Assembly (NCBI GenBank): GCA_964472395.1
Contig: CAYYMM010000007.1
Span: 1,911-65,910 of the forward strand
DNA: 64,000 nucleotides
From: an uncultured bacterium
GTDB lineage: Bacteria; CSSED10-310; CALFER01
Direction of reading: 5' to 3'
This document shows positions 17,822-28,010 of this stretch, one piece after another; within the stretch, counting starts at the first letter, position 1; every line of letters starts with the position of its first letter. The position numbers and the translations under genes are program-made. The notes below the pieces were generated by a model that made no database searches, had not been told where the DNA came from, and saw only the letters and a program-made list of their open reading frames with translations.

Positions 17822-18496
17822 GTGACCTCGCACGACACGGACCATATCTGCGAACTGGTCATCCAGATTCTCGCGAAAAGCAACCAGATCAAACCGCCGG
17901 TCGATCTGGCGCTGGTTGCGGAATCGCTCGGAATCGAAATCATCCTCTCCGACCTGACTCCCGATGTGACGGTTCTCACTGATGCCGAAGACCGCACGAT
18001 CATCCTCAACGAAAATCAGCCCGAGGAGGTCCGGACGTACGGGATCGCGCATGGTATCGCCGAGTTTCTGTGCGTGGACGACCTCGATGACAGCGCGCGC
18101 CGCGAATGGATTTCACTGATGGCGACCGAACTGCTCCTCCCGACGGACTGGTTCCGCCCGATCGGATTCATCTACAACTGGAATCTGATCAATCTCAAGT
18201 GCTTGTTTCCCAACGTGAGCTATGAGCTGCTCGCCCGGCGCATCATCGACTTCCATCCGAGTCTCGTCACGATCGTCTCGGACGGTCGCATTCTTTCCCG
18301 CCAGGCCTTCCAGGGCATCCGTTTTCCGACCGAACTGATTCCGGAAGAGGGGGCAGCATACCGCAACACGCATGTATCGCGACGTCCTGATGAAGTTTCG
18401 GGGAGGAATTGCCGTGTGCGCGCATGGCCGATCGACGGTCACAACGATCGCTGTATTTTACTGACGGAAGTCTTCCCGACTACGGCATCGAAATAA
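17822..18496 (+). CDS. Hypothetical protein (weak ImmA/IrrE-like N-terminal region, no HExxH)
   Basis: ORF 17780..18496. GTG 17822 is preceded by AGGAGG. Confidence 0.35.
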   Translation: MTSHDTDHICELVIQILAKSNQIKPPVDLALVAESLGIEIILSDLTPDVTVLTDAEDRTIILNENQPEEVRTYGIAHGIAEFLCVDDLDDSARREWISLMATELLLPTDWFRPIGFIYNWNLINLKCLFPNVSYELLARRIIDFHPSLVTIVSDGRILSRQAFQGIRFPTELIPEEGAAYRNTHVSRRPDEVSGRNCRVRAWPIDGHNDRCILLTEVFPTTASK

Positions 18497-18548
18497 CCCG
18501 ACGCATAGTGTAAAATACCTCCGATGTCGAATTAATCGGGTAAATCAG

Positions 18549-19031
18549 ATGATCACCTTGAAGAGTTTATCTCGCCCGGCAGCGCTTCTCGGCTGGGTCG
18601 TCGTTCTCGGCGCATTCTTCGCTCAGGTCGAAATCCAGATCGAAGGTTCGGCGGGCTGGGCCGCGAATCTGCCCACCTGGCGTATCGACGACTCGTGGCT
18701 CAATGCGCTCTGGGGAGGCAAAACCATCACGGGATACCATGTCTGGGTCTTCGCCTTCGTCGCTCTCGCGTTTCACCTCCCGGTCTTCATGCTCAGCACC
18801 TGGTCCGCGAAACTGGAAGCCCGGATCATCGGCTCGATCATGGTATTCTGGATTGCGGAAGACTTCCTATGGTTCGTGTTCAACCCCTCATTCGGACTGA
18901 CTCTCTTCTCCCCCGCTCATGTTCCATGGCACAAATTCTGGTTCTTCGGGATCCCGATCGATTACATTCTCTCCCTGTTGTTCGGATTTATATTACTCAC
19001 CTGGTCCTACAGGAAAGGAATTCCGTCATGA
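18549..19031 (+). CDS. Small integral membrane protein (4 predicted TM helices)
   Basis: Hydrophobic segments LLGWVVVLGAFFA, HVWVFAFVALAFHLPVFMLS, IIGSIMVFWIAEDFLWFVF and LSLLFGFILLTW. It ends 1-3 nt from the GT28 gene start. Confidence 0.45.
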   Translation: MITLKSLSRPAALLGWVVVLGAFFAQVEIQIEGSAGWAANLPTWRIDDSWLNALWGGKTITGYHVWVFAFVALAFHLPVFMLSTWSAKLEARIIGSIMVFWIAEDFLWFVFNPSFGLTLFSPAHVPWHKFWFFGIPIDYILSLLFGFILLTWSYRKGIPS

Positions 19032-20140
19032 AAATCATGCTGCTGCATGCCTCTGCGGGAGCGGGCCATAAACGCGCGGCTGAAGCACTGGCCTCCGCAT
19101 TCCGGCTCCTGCGGCCCGATGCGGAAACCCGAATCTGCGATATCCTCGATTTCACACCCGCGCTTTTCCGTAAAACCTACGCCGACGGATATCTCGATCT
19201 GGTCCGTAAAATGCCGGAACTCTGGGGCTATATCTACAGTCAGACAGATCGGAACGCGCATGTTCCCTGGCGCCGCGAGGTGCGCTCGGTGTTCAATAAA
19301 ATCAGCACGGTCAAGTTTCAGAAGTATTACCGTCAATTCGACCCGGATATCGTTGTGTGCACTCATTTCATGCCGCTTCAACTGCTCACCACCGGTGCGC
19401 TCCACGAGAATCGCTTCGCGCGGGTTTTCTGCCAGGTCACCGATTTTGCCGTCCACGCGCTCTGGATCTTCGAAGGAGTCGAAACATACTATGTCGCGAT
19501 TGAGGAAGCTCGGCGGCACCTGATCCGCGCCGGCCAGTCACCGGATCGTGTCAAAGCGCTCGGGATCCCCATCGATCCCGTTTTCGAAACCTGCCTGTCG
19601 CGAACCGAAGCACTCACCCGGCTCGACCTGCCTGCCGATCTGCCCGCCGTTTTGATTCTCAGCGGCGGCTGCGGCATCGGCCCAACGCTCGAACTGATCC
19701 GCTCTTTCGAACGCGAAAAACCATTCTGCCGGCTGCTCGTCGTCGCCGGCGCAAACGAACAACTCAGACACGACGCCGAAGAACTCGCTGCCCGGATTGA
19801 AACTCCCGTGTCCGTATACGGATTTGTCCGGAACATCGATGTCATGATGGACGCCTGTGAACTGATCGTCACGAAACCAGGCGGTCTGACCTCTTCGGAA
19901 GCACTCGCTAAATCGAAACCGATGCTGGTCGTCAACCCGATTCCGGGTCAGGAACAGCGGAATTGCGAAGTGCTGCTCGAATCCGGCGCAGCGGCTCGTC
20001 TGTTTGAGGTGGATGATGCCTGTTATAAAATCCGCACCCTGCTGTCAGACCCGCCGAGGCTGCAGCGTATGAGCCGACACGCACGCGACTTGTCCCGCCC
20101 GTCCGCGGCCCGCACGATCGCCGCCGACATCCTGTCCTGA
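19028..20140 (+). CDS. GT28-family glycosyltransferase, monogalactosyldiacylglycerol (MGDG) synthase / processive diacylglycerol glycosyltransferase-like
   Basis: N-terminal MKIMLLHASAGAGHKRAAEALA, typical of the MGDG synthase/MurG superfamily. The C-terminal half carries the GT-B nucleotide-binding region (ELIVTKPGGLTSSEALAKSKPMLVVNPIPGQEQRN). Start chosen at the internal ATG of ORF 18695..20140. Confidence 0.75.
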   Translation: MKIMLLHASAGAGHKRAAEALASAFRLLRPDAETRICDILDFTPALFRKTYADGYLDLVRKMPELWGYIYSQTDRNAHVPWRREVRSVFNKISTVKFQKYYRQFDPDIVVCTHFMPLQLLTTGALHENRFARVFCQVTDFAVHALWIFEGVETYYVAIEEARRHLIRAGQSPDRVKALGIPIDPVFETCLSRTEALTRLDLPADLPAVLILSGGCGIGPTLELIRSFEREKPFCRLLVVAGANEQLRHDAEELAARIETPVSVYGFVRNIDVMMDACELIVTKPGGLTSSEALAKSKPMLVVNPIPGQEQRNCEVLLESGAAARLFEVDDACYKIRTLLSDPPRLQRMSRHARDLSRPSAARTIAADILS

Positions 20141-20155
20141 TTGCCCGACGTGCTG

Positions 20156-20725
20156 TCAGATCCGCTTCATGAGCCACGCGAGATTGCGGCTGAGCGTTTT
20201 CATCGTTTCGACGCCCTCTTCGTCCCGTTCCACATCCCCCGGCCCCATTCCGATCGCCATGTTCCAGTAACTGGATCCAACCACAATCATCTGTCCGATC
20301 AGGAAGAAATGGTTCATCGTATCGAACGCGTGCGTCGACCCGGCTCTCCGTACCGCCACGACACCCGCGGCCGGTTTGCGCGCAAACAATTCCCCATTCG
20401 CTTTCGCCACCATGCCCGTCCGGTCGATGAACGCCTTCATCTCGGGGGTCACATCAGCGAAATACGTCGGAGACCCCAGCAGGATCGCATCGGCGGAAAC
20501 CATCCGCTCGATCCAGTCGTTCAGATCATCGGTCGCGAGGATGCACCGACGGTCGCGCGTTTCGAAGCATTTTCCGCAGGCGGTGCAGCCATGCAGTGGT
20601 TTTCCACCGATCTGAACGATCTCGGATTCGATCCCCTCTCCCCGGAGTTCCTCGCACACGATCGCCAGCATCCGTGAAGTGTTGCCCGTTCGTTTCGGGC
20701 TGCCGTTGAACGCAATGACTTTCAT
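20156..20725 (-). CDS. Iron-sulfur flavoprotein (Isf) / NADPH-dependent FMN reductase family
   Basis: Flavodoxin-like N-terminus MKVIAFNGSPKRTGNTS and the compact Cys cluster GCTACGKCF characteristic of Isf. Confidence 0.75.
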   Translation of the reverse strand: MKVIAFNGSPKRTGNTSRMLAIVCEELRGEGIESEIVQIGGKPLHGCTACGKCFETRDRRCILATDDLNDWIERMVSADAILLGSPTYFADVTPEMKAFIDRTGMVAKANGELFARKPAAGVVAVRRAGSTHAFDTMNHFFLIGQMIVVGSSYWNMAIGMGPGDVERDEEGVETMKTLSRNLAWLMKRI

Positions 20726-22774
20726 TTACATCGTCCTTTTCGGATCCAGAGCATCCCGCAAACCATCGCCCAGAAAGTTGAGTCCCATGACGACGAGCAT
20801 GATTGCGAGCCCTGGGAAGAGGGTCATGTGGGGACCTTCCCGGAAGTAATCCACACCCGAATTCAGAATCCCGCCCCAACTCGGTGTCGGCGGCTGAACG
20901 CCTAGTCCCAGAAATGACAGACCGGCTTCTGCGAGAATCACGCCCGCCATCCCCAGTGTCGCCTGAACGATAACCGGAGCGCTGATGTTGGGAAGAATGT
21001 GTTTAAAAATCAAATGTCCGAAGGAAGCACCCAGCGATCGCGCGGCCATCACGTAGTCTTCTTCCCGGACAGCCAGCACCTGCCCCCTCGCAAGACGGGC
21101 ATACCCGACCCAGCCCATCAGGCACAGCGCCAGAATCACATTATTGATGTCCGGTCCCATCACGGCCACCAGACCGATCGCCAGCAGAATCCCGGGAAAC
21201 GCCAGAAGTATATCCACGATCCGCATGACAAGTTCGTCGACCCAACCGCCTGCAAGCCCCGCGGATACGCCGATCAGAACACCCGATATCATTGAAATGA
21301 TCGTCACAACGGAGCCGACATATATCGAAATCCGCGCGCCGGCCAGCACCCGGCTGAAAAGGTCTCGTCCCATGTCATCCGTCCCGAACCAGTGTGTCGA
21401 ATCAGGCTGTTTGAGGCGGTTTTTCAAAGCTTGCGCCACGGGATCGAGGGGCGTGAGATACGGTCCGATCACGGCAATCAGCAGAAAAACATAGGCGATG
21501 ACGAGTCCCACAATCGCTGGCCGGTTCCTTAAAAACCGCCTCCAGCTTCGCGCATCCACTCGCCGCCAGTACCAACCCGCGCCGAATGGCATCAGTCCGA
21601 TCGCCGCAACGATCAGCCACCGCAGCCAGACCAGATCAATCCCCGCGATCTTCTTCCAGGTTGAGGAGATCCAACCGATACTCCATGCGCCGGAGCGAAG
21701 GATTTCACCGCGCACTCCGGCTGATGCCCCGATCACGATCACCGCCGCGATGACCACAACCCAGAGGATTCTTCCCCGGCGAGTCAGGCGCATCGGCATC
21801 GCGACCGCCCTGCGGAAAAAGCGGGACAGAGACGCGAAAAATCCGGTCGATCCGCTCGAATACTGAATGCGCGGATCGAGGATTCCGTAGACCAGATCGG
21901 TGAGCAGATTGATGAAGACGTAGGTGAACGAAATCAGGAGCACACAGCCCTGAACGAGCGGATAATCACGCCCCTGAATCGCCAGGATCAACTCGCGCCC
22001 GATGCCGGGCCACGAAAAAATCGTTTCGGTGATGATCGATCCGCCAAGCAGCGATCCAAACTGGAGCCCGACGATGGTCGTGACCGGAATCAGGGCGTTT
22101 CTGAGCGCATGTTTGAGAATGACTTTCGCGGGATGAACACCCTTGGCATGTGCCGTCGTAATGTATTGCGCGCGGATGACTTCGAGCAGACTCGAACGAA
22201 TCATCCGCGTCAGAATCGCGCTCAGTGCGGTCCCGAGTGTCAACGCCGGCAGAATATACGACGCCGGGGAACTCCTTCCCGAAACCGGCAGCAGATCCAG
22301 GCGGATCGAAAACAGCAGGATCATCATTGGACCGAGCCAGAAATGCGGGATCGATACACCGAGTAGCGCGAAGAAGCGCGATGCCGTATCGAGAGGTGTG
22401 TTCGCTCGGACCGCCGACAGGATGCCGAGGGGAAACGCGATCAGAAGTGCGGTCGCAAGGCTGATCAGTGCAAGTTCGAGGGTCGCGGGAAAACGAGCCG
22501 CCAGAATCGACACGACGGGTGTCCTGCGGTGCAGCGAACGTCCGAGATCGCCGCGGGCCAGATTGATGAAAAATTCGACTAGTTGCGTCGAGAGTGGTTT
22601 ATCGAGTCCCAGATCCTGCCGCATCTTCTGCACATCCGCGGGTTGGGCGGTTTCGCCGAGCATAAGCGTGACCGGATCGCCCGGGATGAGATGGATCAGG
22701 AAAAACACCAGCAGCGACACGCCGAGAATGACCGGGATGGTCAGCAAAACACGCCGGATAATGAAGTGGATCAA
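20726..22774 (-). CDS. Fused DppB-DppC-type peptide/nickel ABC transporter permease (two permease domains in one polypeptide)
   Basis: The N-terminal half is OppB/DppB-like (MIHFIIRRVLLTIPVILGVSLLVFFLIHLIPGDPV ... EAA-loop TAHAKGV). The C-terminal half is OppC/DppC-like (WFGTDDMGRDLFSRVLAGARISI ... ARSLGAS). Confidence 0.8.
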   Translation of the reverse strand: MIHFIIRRVLLTIPVILGVSLLVFFLIHLIPGDPVTLMLGETAQPADVQKMRQDLGLDKPLSTQLVEFFINLARGDLGRSLHRRTPVVSILAARFPATLELALISLATALLIAFPLGILSAVRANTPLDTASRFFALLGVSIPHFWLGPMMILLFSIRLDLLPVSGRSSPASYILPALTLGTALSAILTRMIRSSLLEVIRAQYITTAHAKGVHPAKVILKHALRNALIPVTTIVGLQFGSLLGGSIITETIFSWPGIGRELILAIQGRDYPLVQGCVLLISFTYVFINLLTDLVYGILDPRIQYSSGSTGFFASLSRFFRRAVAMPMRLTRRGRILWVVVIAAVIVIGASAGVRGEILRSGAWSIGWISSTWKKIAGIDLVWLRWLIVAAIGLMPFGAGWYWRRVDARSWRRFLRNRPAIVGLVIAYVFLLIAVIGPYLTPLDPVAQALKNRLKQPDSTHWFGTDDMGRDLFSRVLAGARISIYVGSVVTIISMISGVLIGVSAGLAGGWVDELVMRIVDILLAFPGILLAIGLVAVMGPDINNVILALCLMGWVGYARLARGQVLAVREEDYVMAARSLGASFGHLIFKHILPNISAPVIVQATLGMAGVILAEAGLSFLGLGVQPPTPSWGGILNSGVDYFREGPHMTLFPGLAIMLVVMGLNFLGDGLRDALDPKRTM

Positions 22775-22775
22775 C

Positions 22776-24350
22776 TCATTCCTTCCGGATCTCGCGACTC
22801 ACCTTCGCGAACGAATCGAACTCACCCGCAGGATACAATTCATATCCCACGATGTTCCGCTTCATCACAGCTATGTTGTGAGTATGCCACAAACTGATGC
22901 ACGGGAGTTCCTCTGCGATCAGCCGCTGCGCCTCACGGTAAATCCCGGCACGCTTGCCGGTATCGAGTTCGGTTCGGCCCTCGACGAGCAACCTATCGAG
23001 CGGTTCGGATTTGAACCAGCCCCGATTCCTGCCATTCGGCGGGACGTTGTCGGAATGATAGATGCTGAACAGAATGTCCGGATCGGTCACGCCGACCCAG
23101 CTCAGCACGTACGTTTCGAAGTTGCCCTTGACGATATCATCGTAGAATGTCCCCCATTCGAGTGACTGGATCTCCATCTGCACACCCGCTTCGGCCCATT
23201 GCGCCTGAATCACCTCCGCCAATCGCTGACTCTGTTTGTTCTGGGGGCATTTGAATTTGATCCTGAGCCGCACGCCGTCATCGCCCGCGGTCAAACCGGC
23301 CTCGCCAAGCAACGCACGGGCCCCCTCCGGATCGTACGGAATCTGATCGATGTCGGGATTGTACGCCCAGTGCCCCCGCGGAATCACACCCGTCGCTTTT
23401 GACGCCAGCCCGCCCAGCAAGTGTTCGATCAGGGAATCCCGATTGAGCGCCATCGCGAGCGCTTTCCGCACCCGCACATCCCGCAGCGGCGTGTCCATCC
23501 GGAAATTGAATCCGATGTAATAATACGACGTCCCCGGCCCGGTCATGACCTTGAGCGTCTCGATGCGGTTGAGGCGTTCCAGCGAATCGATCGGGACGTT
23601 GTTCTGCAGAAAATCGAGATCGCCCTTTTCGAGTTCCATCGTGCGGATCGTGTCGTCCGGAATGATCCGGAACCGGATACCGGTGAGCCCCGGTGTGCCC
23701 TCGAAATAGGAGTCGAACCGAGCCAGCCGGATCTCATCGTCCCCTTCACGGCTCTCGAAGCGAAACGGTCCCGTCCCGATTGGCAGAATTCCATGCCCGT
23801 CATCCGGTTTCTCAATTTCCGATCTGGGCAGGATCCCCATCACCATGTTGATCAGAAACGGCGCGAACGGTTCACGTGTCTGGAACACGATCGTATACTC
23901 ATCTTCGACAGTGATCGAACTGAGCTTCTCATAGGCGGATTTTTTGGGCGATGCGAGCGCGTCGTTCAGGATCGAATCGAAGGTCGCTTTGACATCATAC
24001 GCAGTCAGAGTCTCACCGTTGTGAAACTGCACGTTCTTCTTCAGAAAAAAGCGGTACGTCGTGTTGTTGACGATGTCCCACTTTTCGGCCAGGTCGCCCA
24101 CGAGATTCGAGTCGACGGTTTTTTTGACGAGCGAATTGTAGAGGAGTTGCTGAACGCGGGCCGACGAGACATCCGTTCCGAGCCGGGGATCCAGACTTTG
24201 AGGCGCGGATCCGAGGCCGATCACGATGCCGGTATCTGACGAGTCGAACGCCACGGGAGCTGGACGTCCGCCACATCCCCAATACGCCACACAGAGTGCC
24301 AGAGCGCAAACCAGCGTGCCTTTTTTGTAACCTGTCGATCGTTCTTTCAT
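22776..24350 (-). CDS. ABC transporter substrate-binding protein, family 5 (peptide/nickel/opine type), lipoprotein-like
   Basis: Signal/lipobox-like N-terminus ...LVCALALCVAYWGCGG, with SBP_bac_5 hallmarks across the length. Start chosen at MKERST (ORF track extends to 24404). Confidence 0.75.
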   Translation of the reverse strand: MKERSTGYKKGTLVCALALCVAYWGCGGRPAPVAFDSSDTGIVIGLGSAPQSLDPRLGTDVSSARVQQLLYNSLVKKTVDSNLVGDLAEKWDIVNNTTYRFFLKKNVQFHNGETLTAYDVKATFDSILNDALASPKKSAYEKLSSITVEDEYTIVFQTREPFAPFLINMVMGILPRSEIEKPDDGHGILPIGTGPFRFESREGDDEIRLARFDSYFEGTPGLTGIRFRIIPDDTIRTMELEKGDLDFLQNNVPIDSLERLNRIETLKVMTGPGTSYYYIGFNFRMDTPLRDVRVRKALAMALNRDSLIEHLLGGLASKATGVIPRGHWAYNPDIDQIPYDPEGARALLGEAGLTAGDDGVRLRIKFKCPQNKQSQRLAEVIQAQWAEAGVQMEIQSLEWGTFYDDIVKGNFETYVLSWVGVTDPDILFSIYHSDNVPPNGRNRGWFKSEPLDRLLVEGRTELDTGKRAGIYREAQRLIAEELPCISLWHTHNIAVMKRNIVGYELYPAGEFDSFAKVSREIRKE

Positions 24351-24413
24351 CTCAGAACCCCCGGCGGTCAAGTATACCGGGATCGGTCGTCCGGATAAAG
24401 ACATTTCAGGATT

Positions 24414-25745
24414 CTAGTTCTTATAAGCAAGGAGTTCGATATCCGCCCGAAGGAATCCCAGCCACATACGCGCGGTGTATTTGTTGACAGCTAATCGTGC
24501 CAATCCGAGCCTTCGCATCCATTCGATGCTTCGACCCAGTCGCCGACTCCCGACCATCTCCTCCGTCGCCTCGCGGAACGGAACTGTCTCATCGATCCGA
24601 AACCCCTCATCATGCAACCGTCTTCTCAACCCCCAATAGGTCGGGATCCGGTACAACTCGTATGTCGAACTCGTTTTCTTCCACCGGGTCACCCACCACT
24701 TCGCCATGGCGCGCGGCATCAGAGCGATTCCGGGCAAACCATAGTGAGGTTCTCGCCGGATGGTCCCGATCGACAACCGGTTAGGCACTGAGATGTAGAA
24801 AAAGCCACCCGGCCGCAGTACCCGACGGATCTCGTTCAGAATCAATCCGGGCTCCGGAACATGCTCGAACACATCCGCCATGATCACGCCGTCCAGCCGC
24901 CCCGACCGGAACGGCAGCGAATACCCGCTCCCCCTCACCAGGCGCACATCGGCGCTCTCCCCCACGGCCCGCAACCGGCTCAACTCGATCGAAACCGCGT
25001 CGGGTTCCAATCCGATGACGCGAGCGCCCGAGAATGCGTAGCCGCAGGTCGCTCCACCCGTCGCACAACCGAGATCCAGGATGAGCCGATTCTCAAAGTC
25101 AGTCGATTCAGCGATCCATGTCGCAATCCGTCGGCCTCGAGCTACGCCGAGAAGATTAAAGTTCTTGTTGTCGATGTAGGACCTGGACAATGGGTTGAGG
25201 TGCTTCGAGTCCAGCACTTTTAGATACTCTGAGCCAGCGAGACGATCCAGAATGAAGCGATCGACGTGAGCGCCCCATAACCGGGTCTCTGTGCGCATGT
25301 CGAACAGACCGGCTTCGATCCGGTACCGCGCATCGTTTTTATAATCGATTCGCGATTCCAATTCGAGACTGACCGGCGACCTCCCCGCAGCCTCCCAGAT
25401 CGCACGCTCGCCATCAATCCGCACGGCTGACTCGGCATCCCACCCGTCTACCGGAGGCTCCGTGTGCCAGCACCACAAACTCTTATTGATCGAATGGAGC
25501 GGACTGATCCGGATATACAGTTTGAGACGGGCGTGAACGGGGATCGGGACAGGCGGAAGGCGCAGGGCGATCCGGGCACCGATGAAATCCGATAGCGTCA
25601 GATCGGTATCGGGACCGGGGGATTGCAAGTCGAGAGTGATGAGATCAGATGACATCGAGCCGCCTTGGGAGGAGTCCTGCTTCGGATGAACCAGCTGCAA
25701 TCTAAACAGGAGATTAATTATAGACACGGCTTTTTCGCACTGCAA
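24414..25745 (-). CDS. Class I SAM-dependent methyltransferase with a ~200-aa N-terminal domain of unknown function
   Basis: Motif I LILDLGCATGGATCGYAFSGARVIGLEPD; motif post-I/II DGVIMADVFEHV; RPGGFFYISVPN. The start is uncertain (TTG 25745 or ATG 25655). Confidence 0.7.
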   Translation of the reverse strand: MQCEKAVSIINLLFRLQLVHPKQDSSQGGSMSSDLITLDLQSPGPDTDLTLSDFIGARIALRLPPVPIPVHARLKLYIRISPLHSINKSLWCWHTEPPVDGWDAESAVRIDGERAIWEAAGRSPVSLELESRIDYKNDARYRIEAGLFDMRTETRLWGAHVDRFILDRLAGSEYLKVLDSKHLNPLSRSYIDNKNFNLLGVARGRRIATWIAESTDFENRLILDLGCATGGATCGYAFSGARVIGLEPDAVSIELSRLRAVGESADVRLVRGSGYSLPFRSGRLDGVIMADVFEHVPEPGLILNEIRRVLRPGGFFYISVPNRLSIGTIRREPHYGLPGIALMPRAMAKWWVTRWKKTSSTYELYRIPTYWGLRRRLHDEGFRIDETVPFREATEEMVGSRRLGRSIEWMRRLGLARLAVNKYTARMWLGFLRADIELLAYKN

Positions 25746-25862
25746 GCGATCGGTTTTTTGATGCGCCGGAGCGGCGATTGTGATAGTGTTTGGCTCCGTT
25801 CGGAAACCCCGGACAGTTCCCTGAGTTGAATCTCATCGCATCAGACTCTACGAGGAGGCATC

Positions 25863-26948
25863 ATGGCAGTCGTAACCGCTCTCCAATTCAGTCCCGTTTC
25901 CGGGGCGATGATCTGTGACGAAGAATATTGGTATCTCCGGCGCAGACGCTCTTATTTCACCGATAACATCCGAAACCTGATCCCGGAAGACGTCGCAGAA
26001 GCGCTGGGTATCGAAGCAGCATACGGCGGATACGGACATCCCGGTTTCCACGAGGAAGTGATCCGTCGGACGCGCGAGAAGATCACGAAGATCTTCCAGG
26101 AATCAACGGGTGACAAAGCTGCCGGGCAACTCGGCGATATCGAAAACATCGCGATGATCGTGCGCCAGGCGATGCAGGATACGCGACGCCGCAAGGTCGA
26201 TGACATGCTGAAATACCTCTACGGATTCAACATGGACGAACTGAACCAAGGCGTCTTCGAAGAGAACGGCACGAAGTACGACATCAAACAGGAAAATGTC
26301 GTGACGGACGCCAAGAAGATCGTCACCTACGAGAAGAAAACCGGGTTGACCGATCCGATCTTCAAAAACAAGGCTGTCGTGATCGGTTATGATCGGTCCT
26401 TTGGATATCGTGGATTCCACGTGAACGCTGAAAACACAGTATGTTCGCTGATCTCGGGAGGCTTCGAAGCCATCGGAGCCGGTCTGTACGGCGCTGGCGT
26501 CGAATTCTCGCGAATCATGAACCGCCTGACGTTGGATGAGCGCCGCAACGGGTTCGACCGTGTCTGGGGAGTCATCGCCCTGATCGAAGCGACCCTGAAG
26601 GCGTACGATCATTTCCACGAAGTCGGCGGCGGACTCAATTTCATCTATATCAACGGCGAAGCCTCCTCCCCTGCCGATCGCTATATCGAACTCCACGACA
26701 ACATCACACGGCTCGCACACGAAATGGTCAAAGCCGCTCAGTATTCTCTCGTTGGCTACGCGCAGATCTACCCCCTCATCAACGACTTGATTTTCAATCG
26801 TGCGGATCGTCGGAAGGTCGAGAAGAAATTTTTCCAGAGTGTGAAGGACCAGAAATCACTGAACAAACTCCTCCGAGGCTACAAGTTTCATCCGTATCCG
26901 CCCGCGCCGGCTCAAAAAGAAACCAAAACCACCGGAACGGCATCATAA
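25863..26948 (+). CDS. Hypothetical protein, paralog A of a tandem pair (N-terminal FSPVSGAMICDE motif)
   Basis: SD GGAGG upstream. It shares the N-terminal FS.xSGAM[IV]CDE, IPEDV and several Gly-rich blocks with the next gene. No recognisable family. Confidence 0.5.
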   Translation: MAVVTALQFSPVSGAMICDEEYWYLRRRRSYFTDNIRNLIPEDVAEALGIEAAYGGYGHPGFHEEVIRRTREKITKIFQESTGDKAAGQLGDIENIAMIVRQAMQDTRRRKVDDMLKYLYGFNMDELNQGVFEENGTKYDIKQENVVTDAKKIVTYEKKTGLTDPIFKNKAVVIGYDRSFGYRGFHVNAENTVCSLISGGFEAIGAGLYGAGVEFSRIMNRLTLDERRNGFDRVWGVIALIEATLKAYDHFHEVGGGLNFIYINGEASSPADRYIELHDNITRLAHEMVKAAQYSLVGYAQIYPLINDLIFNRADRRKVEKKFFQSVKDQKSLNKLLRGYKFHPYPPAPAQKETKTTGTAS

Positions 26949-26960
26949 GGAGACTTTGAC

Positions 26961-28010
26961 ATGACATCCATCAACGCAATTCGATTCAATGAGTTCTCCG
27001 GTGCCATGGTGTGTGACGAGCAACGCGGATGGAATCCGGAAAACATGATCATCAACTCTGCCGATAAGATTAAACCGGTCATTCCCGAAGACATCGTCCG
27101 GGAACAGGGCATCGTGGCCTGCTACGGCAACACAGGAACATCGACGATCGGTGACGAATTGAAATTCAACATCCGCAAGCGTGTCCGCCTGGAATACGAC
27201 GGACTTAAAAAGAAGAAGGACAAGACGCCCGAAAAGTTCATCACGATGGAGGAACTCGCGAAATGGGCGTTCGAAGCACAAACGAAACTCAAACGCGACC
27301 ATATCAATCAGACGATCGAGGGACGGTACGGGTTCTCGGTCAATGATTTCATCCGGGGGTATTACGAAGCGGACGGCAAGAAGATCGAAATCAAGGACAA
27401 GGCCGTGATCAGTGCGATTCAGGATGCAATCACATGGAGCACTCGATCGGGCGAAATGACGTCGGTCTTCCTGAACGCCGGTATCATCGCAGGATTTGAT
27501 CCCCAGCAGGGGTTCCGCATCTTCAGCCTGTCCATGATCGAATACGGCTATCACCCGGTTCAGGAGATTTTTCTGTGCGACGGATCCGGCCGTGACATGG
27601 CTTCGGTGTACATGACCGAATACAGCAATCGCAAGACGGTGCCGGAACGCCGAGGTGCGATCGACCGCGTCGAGGGGCTCTTCGAGATGATTCTGGCAGT
27701 CAACGCCGCCTGCCGCCATGACATCGGCTGCGAAGGATATCTCAATATCATGCTGTTCGACGGCCACGAGCCGAATGAAAAGAGATTGAGGACGATCAAC
27801 GACGACCGGTCCAAACTCGCGGCCGAAATCGTCCACGCATGGGAAGCCCGGTTCCTCAACCGGAAAATCGCCTGCGACCTTCTGGATGAACTGATGTGGG
27901 GCGGTGGCACGTGGGAGACAGTCGACGAGAAGTTCTGCAAGGCATCGACCCACTATGAAGCAATGCTCGACTTTCTTCGAGGTTACCCCGAAGGCGGAGT
28001 CGCGTGCTGA
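26961..28010 (+). CDS. Hypothetical protein, paralog B of the tandem pair (N-terminal FNEFSGAMVCDE motif)
   Basis: AGGAGACTTTGAC-ATG upstream. It is a diverged homolog of 25863..26948. Its stop overlaps the GTG start of the polyprenyl synthase. Confidence 0.5.
   Translation: MTSINAIRFNEFSGAMVCDEQRGWNPENMIINSADKIKPVIPEDIVREQGIVACYGNTGTSTIGDELKFNIRKRVRLEYDGLKKKKDKTPEKFITMEELAKWAFEAQTKLKRDHINQTIEGRYGFSVNDFIRGYYEADGKKIEIKDKAVISAIQDAITWSTRSGEMTSVFLNAGIIAGFDPQQGFRIFSLSMIEYGYHPVQEIFLCDGSGRDMASVYMTEYSNRKTVPERRGAIDRVEGLFEMILAVNAACRHDIGCEGYLNIMLFDGHEPNEKRLRTINDDRSKLAAEIVHAWEARFLNRKIACDLLDELMWGGGTWETVDEKFCKASTHYEAMLDFLRGYPEGGVAC

Noticed and set aside
18695-19027. Upstream 111-codon extension of the GT28 ORF overlapping the small membrane protein gene
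   Set aside because: The extension is Arg/Ser/Pro-rich junk in an alternative frame of 18549..19031. The conserved MGDG-synthase N-terminus begins at the internal ATG 19028.
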